Below are positions 57,201 to 64,000 of a stretch of DNA of 64,000 nt, piece after piece. Numbering within the stretch: position 1 is the stretch's first letter; each line of letters begins with the position of its first letter. Location: contig DUMB01000079.1 of the NCBI GenBank assembly GCA_012840085.1, positions 43,140-107,139 on the forward strand, read 5' to 3'. The notes below the pieces were generated by a model. The model did no database searches. It was not told the DNA's origin and saw nothing but the letters and a program-made list of their open reading frames with translations. The position numbers and the translations under genes were made by a program. The stretch comes from Clostridiaceae bacterium. GTDB taxonomy: Bacteria; Bacillota; Clostridia; Acetivibrionales; DUMB01.

Positions 57201-57473
57201 GGGCCTGAGTAAAGTGTATTCCTCTGTCTCAGGTTGTACCATGTGAACTAGCTCATCAGCCTCTGCTACAACAGCTGACGGATACGGATTTCTTTTGATG
57301 TACCGGCCAGATTTAATACGTTCATCAGCCGGCTTTTCAGCCGATTCAGGGATTAGCCATACCCTGCTGTGGCGCACCGCTCCCTCAACCCTGCCCTCAC
57401 TGCAGAGCGTGTGTACCCTGCGTTGGGATATACCCCATTTCTCAGCGGCCTCTTTCGGCGATATATACTTCAT
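54273..57473 (-). CDS. Large STAND-type regulator: N-terminal HTH, P-loop NTPase, TPR-like repeats, C-terminal SARP winged helix plus BTAD
   Basis: - N-terminal HTH: ISPKEAAEKWGISQRRVHTLCSEGRVEGA...WLIP.
- Walker A DAGYGKTT and Walker B LILILDDVH.
- A long helical repeat region.
- C-terminal INTLGTFYI...KSRELLAYLLEHREGVSRQRIYADLWGD (OmpR/SARP wHTH), then ICDYDNF...HYTGRYLDDMEALWAESSR (BTAD-like). Confidence 0.8.
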   Translation of the reverse strand: MKYISPKEAAEKWGISQRRVHTLCSEGRVEGAVRHSRVWLIPESAEKPADERIKSGRYIKRNPYPSAVVAEADELVHMVQPETEEYTLLRPSPPRAVVFRPRLIEKIAPPGSSLTYIHADAGYGKTTLLMQYTTGRNNVIWLSLDERDSDLMNFLRHLENAFRKKLPRFDFYVTDLLPFAADNTFVSLALTSLLKALGHRKLILILDDVHVISDGAVMDFLTRLAKSCPQNLTLVMAGRHELRSSLFRLKMDGRVAELTKADLRFSREEAEELWGFFDEAVYQATEGWALALQSYRMASEAGKIRLPHNDRNLNHYLMNEIFNQLPEETRHFLLATAWFPELNPNECNRLLGIKNTREILDWLVHRNIFTVQVSTVYRYHTLFASFLRQNDNGLGLEVLRRAMSDCFARGEYERAADYALLIGDGAFIHDCIKAELGRPFGKGHYGNLKGYFDCMEAQRTHLSPEVLLARGLYLSSQGRFYEAEQCLNEALPKLSGDSRVLLQVMAHKARILRNKASYEESNRLIDSMLPLPDDAPPEDWYLLIIEKIHNLTLSTRLCDALELTLSMVKKCAAYGNARVRAWFERYLTVIYFYQGNYKKCLHYYEKSLSLPEEEQDWLARHSVGAYAAKAYQVTGQEEKAVSLMEAELSRLRRLGLHEEMSLNYLMYAEILLAEEMRKSIQGGLVDLSEFNKYLELAEEHVDLKRNSGNYMLFIKILHMDAELLARSEKALYWVKDILELVEHATPYFRALAFGRLANAFHTLEQDMEQSKAFYRKCIETGEAAGTLVAPMIAYGGLAAIYLREKNETKAEECARRCLTMSMEYGHRYYFQIKSVFGEVLKFAQSRGITPEFTREMLAYSGYAAQKVYINTLGTFYIAPAHDRHFRVKIRTQKSRELLAYLLEHREGVSRQRIYADLWGDSEADVTRLFHTRRGEIRRAFESLGAKNPILREKDVYKLNMEEIICDYDNFRQVVEDFRKKPVHENAQRVVDHYTGRYLDDMEALWAESSRLLCENSFLQAAETLLENYRESGEQAKIVELLRRCVSLNHHGHRIDASKEGKRKKNK

Positions 57474-57688
57474 TTAATATTGCCCCCCTTTACAGCTCTA
57501 AATCTGTTTCTCTAGATCTGTTTTTTTTATTATATTCGATTAATCGAACAATATCAATGAAGTACCAGTTTAAGAAAAATTGTTAAATGAAATGTGAGCT
57601 CACTTTACGTGAGCCCATCGCACTTTACAAAATCTGTATCCCAAATAACAACCGAAATAAAGCAATGTTCTTGACAGTCCATGGTCCG

Positions 57689-58393
57689 CTAGTCCGCCGT
57701 CAACACAATTTTGCCGCCAAAGTTGCTTAAAGTAAACAGTTCTGAGTCATGCAGCCATTCATATGAAACATTGTATTCAAATGGGAAAACCTGGGGTATT
57801 GAAGACAACTCTGCAATTTCATAGTAAGCTTTTTCTTTTAAATTAAGTATGGCCAGTAACAGCACCTGTATGGTTTTAGCATCCGTAACCGGGTACTTTT
57901 TTATGCGATATACCCCAATCTTTACATTTTCGATGGCCCCAATCTGTTTCAATGTCTGTAATATCTTATCGCTGGAATGGTACAAAGTGGTCCCTTCTCC
58001 CCACATTTCGAACAACTTTTCCTTGAGCCAGGAAGCCGCAAAAGTATCCTGAATTTTAGTAAGCTTGCCTATTAAAGCACATACATCACAGAATATGGGG
58101 TAAGCAAGCAGCATCATGCTCCAATGCAATGCCAGTTTATTCGACTTATCATCTTTATATGCTTCTAAAGCTTGCTGTTTTAAAGCTGAAAGCTCATCAG
58201 GAATTCTAACCCATATATTCATGAGGATTTCCCTTGTCTTTCTTACGTTAACAGGGCTTTTTATTTCAAATGACAAGTATTCGGTTAACTCATCTTTAAT
58301 TTGGGTTTCGTTCTTGCCCTGTAATAAAAGGTCTACAGTCTTATTGAGCCATTCCGGTTTAATGGAACGGGACAGTCCAATCATCTTTGCCAT
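57689..58393 (-). CDS. brxA: BrxA-like protein (DUF1819-like), last gene of a type 3 BREX-like locus
   Basis: 234-aa helical protein directly after pglZ, matching the position and size of BrxA in type 3 BREX. Sequence resemblance is judged by eye only. Confidence 0.5.
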   Translation of the reverse strand: MAKMIGLSRSIKPEWLNKTVDLLLQGKNETQIKDELTEYLSFEIKSPVNVRKTREILMNIWVRIPDELSALKQQALEAYKDDKSNKLALHWSMMLLAYPIFCDVCALIGKLTKIQDTFAASWLKEKLFEMWGEGTTLYHSSDKILQTLKQIGAIENVKIGVYRIKKYPVTDAKTIQVLLLAILNLKEKAYYEIAELSSIPQVFPFEYNVSYEWLHDSELFTLSNFGGKIVLTAD

Positions 58394-58396
58394 CTA

Positions 58397-58501
58397 TATT
58401 ACCGCCTTTACTAATTATGTATTAATATCTGTATTACCGTCTTTACTGATTATGTATTAATATCTGTATTATCGCCTTTACTAATTCTATATAACCGCTT
58501 T
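58397..58501. repeat. 35-bp tandem repeat (about 3 units) in the pglZ-brxA spacer
   Basis: TATTACCG/TATTATCG unit starts fall at 58397, 58432 and 58467. A fourth partial core lies inside the pglZ 3' end (58487-58507). Confidence 0.85.
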
Positions 58502-59938
58502 TACTTTAATAAATGGGACAATTACCTCGTCAATGGTGATGCCCCCGTGTGTCATTACTTCTTCATTCTTATTGTCAAAAGAAACGCCTGGTTTGCATAC
58601 GTAGTATTTATAGTTTTTATCCAGATAATAACCCGGATACATCACAACTTTGTCAGCCAAAGAATCCTTTATTTCTGCAAAGTCTTTCAGAACAAGCATC
58701 CTTCTGGATTTGGTTTCCACCTCGACACCGGCATTTCTTATAGTTCCTGTGCCGACGCATGGTGTATTGCCATGGTCAGATGTTACATAAACATTAAATC
58801 CCTGTGAATACAAATCTTTAATTAAAGCTTGTAACTTACCGTTCTTTGCCCACAATAAAACATCATTATACATTCCTAAGCGTCCCTGCTTTTGCCCATG
58901 AACCATGTTATCTATATCATTAATAATGACAGCAGCAAACTTGGTAAAATGGCTTATGGCCGGATTGTATCCCATAGCATATAAACATTGAGCTTTAGAA
59001 TATCCTGCATTTTCTGCTGCTTTGATGAAATTTTTTTCTTCCTGGCTCAAAGCAAAAGGACTTTCCAATTCGCGGGGATATTTTCCGCTTAGCAATCCCT
59101 GCCTTGATATCGCCGTAGTCGTCGGTATAAGGGCATAACTGCAGTGGTATTCATACTCAATACCTTCCAGGCACCGTGAGATGACTTCAAAATCAAATAA
59201 GGACATTCCATCCAGTACAATAAGTGCAACTTTTCCATGAGCAATAAAATCAATTACTTTGGGCAGTATTTTCGGAGCCGGTTTATTGCTCTCACCGGAA
59301 AGTCTTTGGTAGCCATCAAATATAAACTTTTCAAATTCCTCATTAACAAAACCCGTATCTATCGGAATGTTTGCTTTTGCAGCGTAATAATCAATCAGTG
59401 CCTTTTTTCTGGCAATCTCAATCCAACCAAATGAAGTAATATCATATTTGTCACCGGAAGGCAAGAGGATTTTTATCATAACCTCACAATAAGCTTTTAC
59501 ATTCTCCTTTGAAAAGACCGTGCCTGAAATAAAGTCTTCCGTCTCTTCCCTGGTGTCACAGGACGAATAAAGCTCCTCATAGGCAAAACTAATCAAGTCA
59601 ATGTCTTTAACATACCGTCGCACCGTATCTTCATGAAGTTTCGGAAAGATGCTTCTCAGAGAAATTTCAACTTCAAAAAACTTTTTCCTTATATCGTACG
59701 GCACATATATGTCAGAATAAACAATAACCGCATATTTATTGTCGGAATTCCTTATTTCCTGCTCATACTTCAGCCGGAATGCTTCAATATCCTCATACAG
59801 AATGACCTCAAAATTCTGAGCAATAAGCAGCCTGGTATAATCAAAGACAGCAGAAAATCTTCCGGTATCAAATATCAGCAGCCGTTTTTCGTATTGAATT
59901 GAAAAAAGCTCTGCTATCCGTTTCTCTATCATTATCAT
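58487..59938 (-). CDS. pglZ: PglZ domain protein (alkaline phosphatase superfamily)
   Basis: Motifs LIVLDGMSLFDF, VYVTSDHGNTPC and THGGITIDEVIVPF fit the PglZ metal-site pattern. At 483 aa it is shorter than PglZ proteins I recall from type 1 BREX. Confidence 0.7.
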   Translation of the reverse strand: MIMIEKRIAELFSIQYEKRLLIFDTGRFSAVFDYTRLLIAQNFEVILYEDIEAFRLKYEQEIRNSDNKYAVIVYSDIYVPYDIRKKFFEVEISLRSIFPKLHEDTVRRYVKDIDLISFAYEELYSSCDTREETEDFISGTVFSKENVKAYCEVMIKILLPSGDKYDITSFGWIEIARKKALIDYYAAKANIPIDTGFVNEEFEKFIFDGYQRLSGESNKPAPKILPKVIDFIAHGKVALIVLDGMSLFDFEVISRCLEGIEYEYHCSYALIPTTTAISRQGLLSGKYPRELESPFALSQEEKNFIKAAENAGYSKAQCLYAMGYNPAISHFTKFAAVIINDIDNMVHGQKQGRLGMYNDVLLWAKNGKLQALIKDLYSQGFNVYVTSDHGNTPCVGTGTIRNAGVEVETKSRRMLVLKDFAEIKDSLADKVVMYPGYYLDKNYKYYVCKPGVSFDNKNEEVMTHGGITIDEVIVPFIKVKAVI

Positions 59939-59942
59939 AATT

Positions 59943-62612
59943 TCACTCCATATGTACTATCAATACCGGCTTAAATTCAGGACAAAACTTCCTGCCCGCC
60001 TGATAATTTGCTTCTATCTCTGCTTTTTCCCGGCTTAAAGCCATAAGTTTGTGTTTCCTGATATTTTCGATCCCTATACGCTGTGCAGCTTCAATCCTTA
60101 AATTCAAAGCGTACATGTACTTTCTGTATTTTTCTTCATTTCTTTTTTCCAGTTCTTCTTTCAGCGCTAAGAAAATGTCATAGGCAAATTCCTGTGACGC
60201 TGTGCGGAGCTTATTCTGAGTTTCAGTATCCATCTTTTCTCCTTCACAAACTGTAATAACCCTGTCTTTGTCAAGAATAGCCTCCCATATTTTCTTTCCG
60301 GCCATAGGACGCAGGATAAAATTTTCGTTAATAAAGACAGGAATAATCTTCTGTCCCTGGATGTCAGGGCTGAGGGTTATCCGCCACAGCATAAAATATC
60401 CTTTTTCATTGGGAAAATCTTTTATTGAAACATTTAAAAGCCTGCCTGCCAGATCCTGCTCCATTTCCTTGTTCAAATGACCAATAATGACAGGATCATT
60501 GATACTGAAGTTCTCGACAGGCATGCAGGGATTTCCCTTATAGTTTTCATAATATGTGACCATCTGCCGCAACGCAGATTCAAAGTCAAAAGCAGATCCT
60601 GACTCAATCATTGACGTAAGGTCTTTTTCTTCTTTGATAAGGTCTTTTATGAGCATGGTGTTTTGAACCTGCTTTTTCAAATCCTCCTCAACCGGGCGAA
60701 TGTTAAACTCAATATTCTTAGGATTACGGATTGATTTCAAATAGGCATCCGTAAAGTTAAGCTCGGCTGTTTCACTGTCAAGCACATCGGAATACTTGTC
60801 GATGCCAATCTCTTTAAGTATGACGGACAGTTTTTCTTCCAATACGGCTTTAACACGGTATTCAACAGTATCAGCCAGAATAAAATTATAAACAATAACA
60901 TCTCTTTGCTGTCCTATACGGTCAACTCGTCCGATGCGCTGTTCAATCTTCATAGGATTCCATGGAAGGTCGTAATTAATAATACAGTTGGAAAACTGCA
61001 GGTTTAAACCTTCGCCACCGGCATCAGTTGAGACAAGAATGTCTGTCCTGGTTTTAAACTCCTGAAGCGTGGCATTCCGTTCCTCAATACTCATACTGCC
61101 ATTGAGGACAGATATTGAATATCCCCTGTCTTTCAGCAGTTGCTCAAGATAACTTTGTGTCGCCACAAACTCTGTAAAAATAATAACTTTTCTATGCCGG
61201 TCTTCGGCAAACAGGTAATCGATAATTTCAATCAACGGCTCAACTTTTACATCAAGATATTGGAACTCTGCCTGCCTGGCAACCGCAATGATATCGTCAA
61301 GCCGGGCAATTTCTTCATTGATGTCCAGAGAAATGGCGGCAATGGCTTTATCCATGTTCTCTTCCAGTTCCATCTCCGCAAACTCTTCTTCTGACATGGA
61401 TTGGTACTTGAATGCCTGCCCTTCCAGGACTTTAACGCGCTGTTCCATACTTTCCCGGATAGCTCTTGTGCTGCTGGTAACCAGACGCTGCATCATAATG
61501 AGCAGGAATACCAACCACATATTTTTGCCACGGTTGCGCATTGCCTTGTTATAGTTTTTTGACACGTAATCTGAAACCATTTCATACAGCTTGCGCTGCA
61601 TGGAATGCCGTTCGTCCCAGTGCAATTCAACAACCTTGGTAGTCCTGTTTTTAAAGAGCTTGTTGCCGTTATTGTCTATGGCTTCACGCTTTTCAGTCCT
61701 TATAACATAAGGGGCCACCTGCTCCCTGACAATGGCATTGATATTGGGAAAGGCCTTTTCATCAACCAAGCGTATAAGGCGCAAAAATGGCTCTGTTTTG
61801 CCGTTATGAGGAGTTGCAGTTAATAGCAGGAGATATGGACTTGCAGCAGCCAGGAGCTTGCCAAGCTTATATCTGGCTACTTCCCCTGAACTACCGGCAA
61901 CCCTGTGAGCCTCGTCAATCACGATCAAATCCCAGCCGCTGTTGATGATGGAATAGACCCGTTCTTCATTGTATCGGGCAATTCTTTCTTCCGTCCATCC
62001 CACCCGTCTTTCCAAGGGCTTGATGGAATCCATGGGCGATATAACCTGGTCAAACTGGCCATAAACGTCCTCATTTCCTGTTATCTTGCGAATGGTATCA
62101 TAATCCTCCGGCAGGATAACATGGAACTTCTCGTTGAACTTCTCCTGCATTTCCAGACTCCATTGGGTTACAAGGCCTGTGGGACAAACAATCAGTACAC
62201 GCTTGACAAGTCCCCTGGTCTTTAACTCTTTAATAATTAGCCCTGCTTCAATAGTTTTTCCAAGACCCACTTCATCAGCCAGTATATATCTCACATTATT
62301 GTTTGATAAAGCCCTGTTAAGGACATATAACTGGTGCGGCAAAGGAATGATACAGCTGGATAGCTTTGACAGTATTCCTTCAGAGGTTTCGTTCTTAATT
62401 TTTGACAGCAAGGCAACATACCGAAGATAGCTCTCATTAAAATTTTCTTCGGGTACTTCGGTGCAAATGTCGTCAGCGGATATCTTATATACTGCCCCGT
62501 TGGAAGCATTATACACCTTGTATGACACAAAGCCCCAAACCTCACTGATCTCCAATATCTGTACACGCTCATTTTTTATTTTGTCAAAAACGTAATCTCC
62601 AACACCAGGCAT
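59943..62612 (-). CDS. brxHII: SNF2-family helicase (BrxHII-like)
   Basis: Motif I ADEVGLGKTIEAG, motif II LIVIDEAHRV (DEAH), helicase-C motifs (LVSTDAGGEGLNLQ, QRIGRVDRIGQ), and ~300 aa of unassigned C-terminal region. Confidence 0.8.
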   Translation of the reverse strand: MPGVGDYVFDKIKNERVQILEISEVWGFVSYKVYNASNGAVYKISADDICTEVPEENFNESYLRYVALLSKIKNETSEGILSKLSSCIIPLPHQLYVLNRALSNNNVRYILADEVGLGKTIEAGLIIKELKTRGLVKRVLIVCPTGLVTQWSLEMQEKFNEKFHVILPEDYDTIRKITGNEDVYGQFDQVISPMDSIKPLERRVGWTEERIARYNEERVYSIINSGWDLIVIDEAHRVAGSSGEVARYKLGKLLAAASPYLLLLTATPHNGKTEPFLRLIRLVDEKAFPNINAIVREQVAPYVIRTEKREAIDNNGNKLFKNRTTKVVELHWDERHSMQRKLYEMVSDYVSKNYNKAMRNRGKNMWLVFLLIMMQRLVTSSTRAIRESMEQRVKVLEGQAFKYQSMSEEEFAEMELEENMDKAIAAISLDINEEIARLDDIIAVARQAEFQYLDVKVEPLIEIIDYLFAEDRHRKVIIFTEFVATQSYLEQLLKDRGYSISVLNGSMSIEERNATLQEFKTRTDILVSTDAGGEGLNLQFSNCIINYDLPWNPMKIEQRIGRVDRIGQQRDVIVYNFILADTVEYRVKAVLEEKLSVILKEIGIDKYSDVLDSETAELNFTDAYLKSIRNPKNIEFNIRPVEEDLKKQVQNTMLIKDLIKEEKDLTSMIESGSAFDFESALRQMVTYYENYKGNPCMPVENFSINDPVIIGHLNKEMEQDLAGRLLNVSIKDFPNEKGYFMLWRITLSPDIQGQKIIPVFINENFILRPMAGKKIWEAILDKDRVITVCEGEKMDTETQNKLRTASQEFAYDIFLALKEELEKRNEEKYRKYMYALNLRIEAAQRIGIENIRKHKLMALSREKAEIEANYQAGRKFCPEFKPVLIVHME

Positions 62613-62629
62613 ACTTGCACACTCTCACC

Positions 62630-64000
62630 TTAAATCCTTCCTAAACTGAGGTCATAATACATAAGCAGCTTGTCATCTTCCTGGATGACACTTTCCGGCA
62701 AGCGTTCCGCTGTTTCAACGATCAGCTTGTAATTCTTGTCAGCCCAAAGCTTTGCAAAACCAACCCTGATTGCTTCGGTGCGGAACAGCTTGAGCTTGCC
62801 TTTGGTAGCCAGGTATCCTTCGAATTCTTTGAGCAGTTTCTTTTCGCGCAGCTTTGCCACATCGGCAGCTTTTGTAATGTCAGGGATGTACCATCTGCCT
62901 TTTTCGTCCTGCAGGAAGTTCTCTTCAAGCAAAACTGCCAGCTCAGGCCTTTTCTCAAACTTGTCCCAGGCTTTTATCTCCTGCATAAACTTAGGCTGGA
63001 GTTCGGCATATGTCTGCGGTGTCTCAAGCTGATGGTAAAGCCATGCAATTGCAGACTTCTCATTGGTGACGAAAAGCTCAAACTGAACAGGCTCCACATC
63101 ATTTACTATCCGAACATTATCATATTCGTTGACTTGATCAGGCAGGAAGTACATTCCGTCACGCTTCAGGAACCTTTCATCCAAACCTTTATAAAAGTCC
63201 GTTGCGTCCAAGGGAACAGCAATTCCATTCATAATATGGTACGCAACCATACGGTCATAGAGCAGGAATGCCTGGCGTTCTGCTATCATTTCAATCTTGC
63301 CGTCCTTGATAACAACTACGGGCAAATTTTCAAGATGCTGTCTTACGAAGCTCCATGCCGTTTCTTCGCTTCCGGCCTGGGAAATGAACTCCCGCTTAAA
63401 GCTTTCCTTTGGCTTATATGCTGAAATTACAAGGTCCTGCTTAACAGCCGACGTGGTCGTAACCTGTTTGAAGCTTCCCTGCTTCTTGTCCAGCGTGCGA
63501 ACATCTGCAATAACGAAACCGGAACGCTGCAGCGATTCCTGAATGGCATTCCATACAGAGTTCTGTGAATTATGGAATTCCACCGTCATCCAACGGCCAG
63601 GCTTAAGTATCCGGTAACATTCAGAGAAGCACTGGGTCATCAGTGACTGATACTCCGGCAAACCTTTCCCCTGAACTGCATTCATAATCGCTTCAGGTTT
63701 CTGATTGGTAAGAACTTTCAACCAGGCCTCCCAAATAAAGTTCAGTTCAGAATAGTTTAAATTGCCTCCAAAAGGCGGATCGGTAAATATATAATCTATT
63801 GAATTTTCTTTAATATTTGACATGTCTGAGCAGGATTGTATGGTAATAACATTGGACATACTTTCAAGCTTCTTTACTGAATCAGTATATTTTTCAATTT
63901 TCCTTCTAATAAAAGAAAATACATCTATTTCTCTGATTATTGAAGACACATACAATGTCCCGGATAGTTTGCTTGGCAATCCACTCGGACGCTCCCTGTT
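62630..64000 (-). CDS. pglXI: DNA methyltransferase (PglXI-like), 5'-truncated by the window end
   Basis: Catalytic motif IV IDYIFTDPPFGG is followed by YRILKPGRWMTVEF. The track start is a TTG, but the frame stays open to nt 64000 (NRERPSG-LPSKLSG). The SAM-binding motif I is not in the window. Confidence 0.75.
   Translation of the reverse strand, partial: NRERPSGLPSKLSGTLYVSSIIREIDVFSFIRRKIEKYTDSVKKLESMSNVITIQSCSDMSNIKENSIDYIFTDPPFGGNLNYSELNFIWEAWLKVLTNQKPEAIMNAVQGKGLPEYQSLMTQCFSECYRILKPGRWMTVEFHNSQNSVWNAIQESLQRSGFVIADVRTLDKKQGSFKQVTTTSAVKQDLVISAYKPKESFKREFISQAGSEETAWSFVRQHLENLPVVVIKDGKIEMIAERQAFLLYDRMVAYHIMNGIAVPLDATDFYKGLDERFLKRDGMYFLPDQVNEYDNVRIVNDVEPVQFELFVTNEKSAIAWLYHQLETPQTYAELQPKFMQEIKAWDKFEKRPELAVLLEENFLQDEKGRWYIPDITKAADVAKLREKKLLKEFEGYLATKGKLKLFRTEAIRVGFAKLWADKNYKLIVETAERLPESVIQEDDKLLMYYDLSLGRI

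Noticed and set aside
58397-58501. Possible CRISPR-like array
   Set aside because: The units are contiguous 35-bp tandem copies with no unique spacers, and no cas genes are nearby. The other repeat arrays (2918, 14546, 41649) fail the same test.

Overview
This 64-kb chromosomal window comes from a low-GC Gram-positive anaerobe. A Clostridia-like origin is inferred from AGGAGG-type Shine-Dalgarno sites, SLH-anchored surface proteins, and IOR, flavodiiron and rubredoxin genes. Almost all genes lie on the minus strand.

**1-22.8 kb: core functions.**
- A 5'-truncated ORF plus a transglutaminase-like membrane protein.
- An iorAB-paaK-ACT aryl-pyruvate cluster and an SSF symporter.
- A beta-CASP MBL nuclease.
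- Three tandem M42 aminopeptidase paralogs.
- A tRNA(CAU)-Phe-Tyr operon, murD and tRNA-Leu.
- A flavin reductase-rubredoxin fusion and ferritin.
- A heterodimeric ABC exporter pair.

**23-41.6 kb: a patchwork of small regulons.**
- An alpha/beta hydrolase and an ADC-like protein.
- A flavodoxin-like protein with an MFS transporter.
- MarR with a MATE transporter.
- A flavodiiron protein.
- TetR with a membrane protein and a decayed gene.
- An OmpR/HK pair with an ABC-2 transporter.
- An SLH/TPR protein and a nitroreductase.

**42-64 kb: accessory-looking region.**
- A 3963-aa mosaic SLH-anchored surface protein.
- An adjacent 1066-aa HTH-STAND ATPase-TPR-SARP(BTAD) regulator.
- The 3' half of a type 3 BREX-like defence locus (pglXI-brxHII-pglZ-brxA) that runs off the window end.

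**Non-genic signals.**
- A ~110-bp palindromic MITE-like element in three copies, plus a possible fused-terminus relic.
- A 47-codon hexapeptide-repeat sORF upstream of the M42 operon.
- Several short tandem-repeat arrays in spacers.

I saw no rRNA, CRISPR array, intact transposase or prophage. All functional calls rest on motif recognition by eye; no database search was run.
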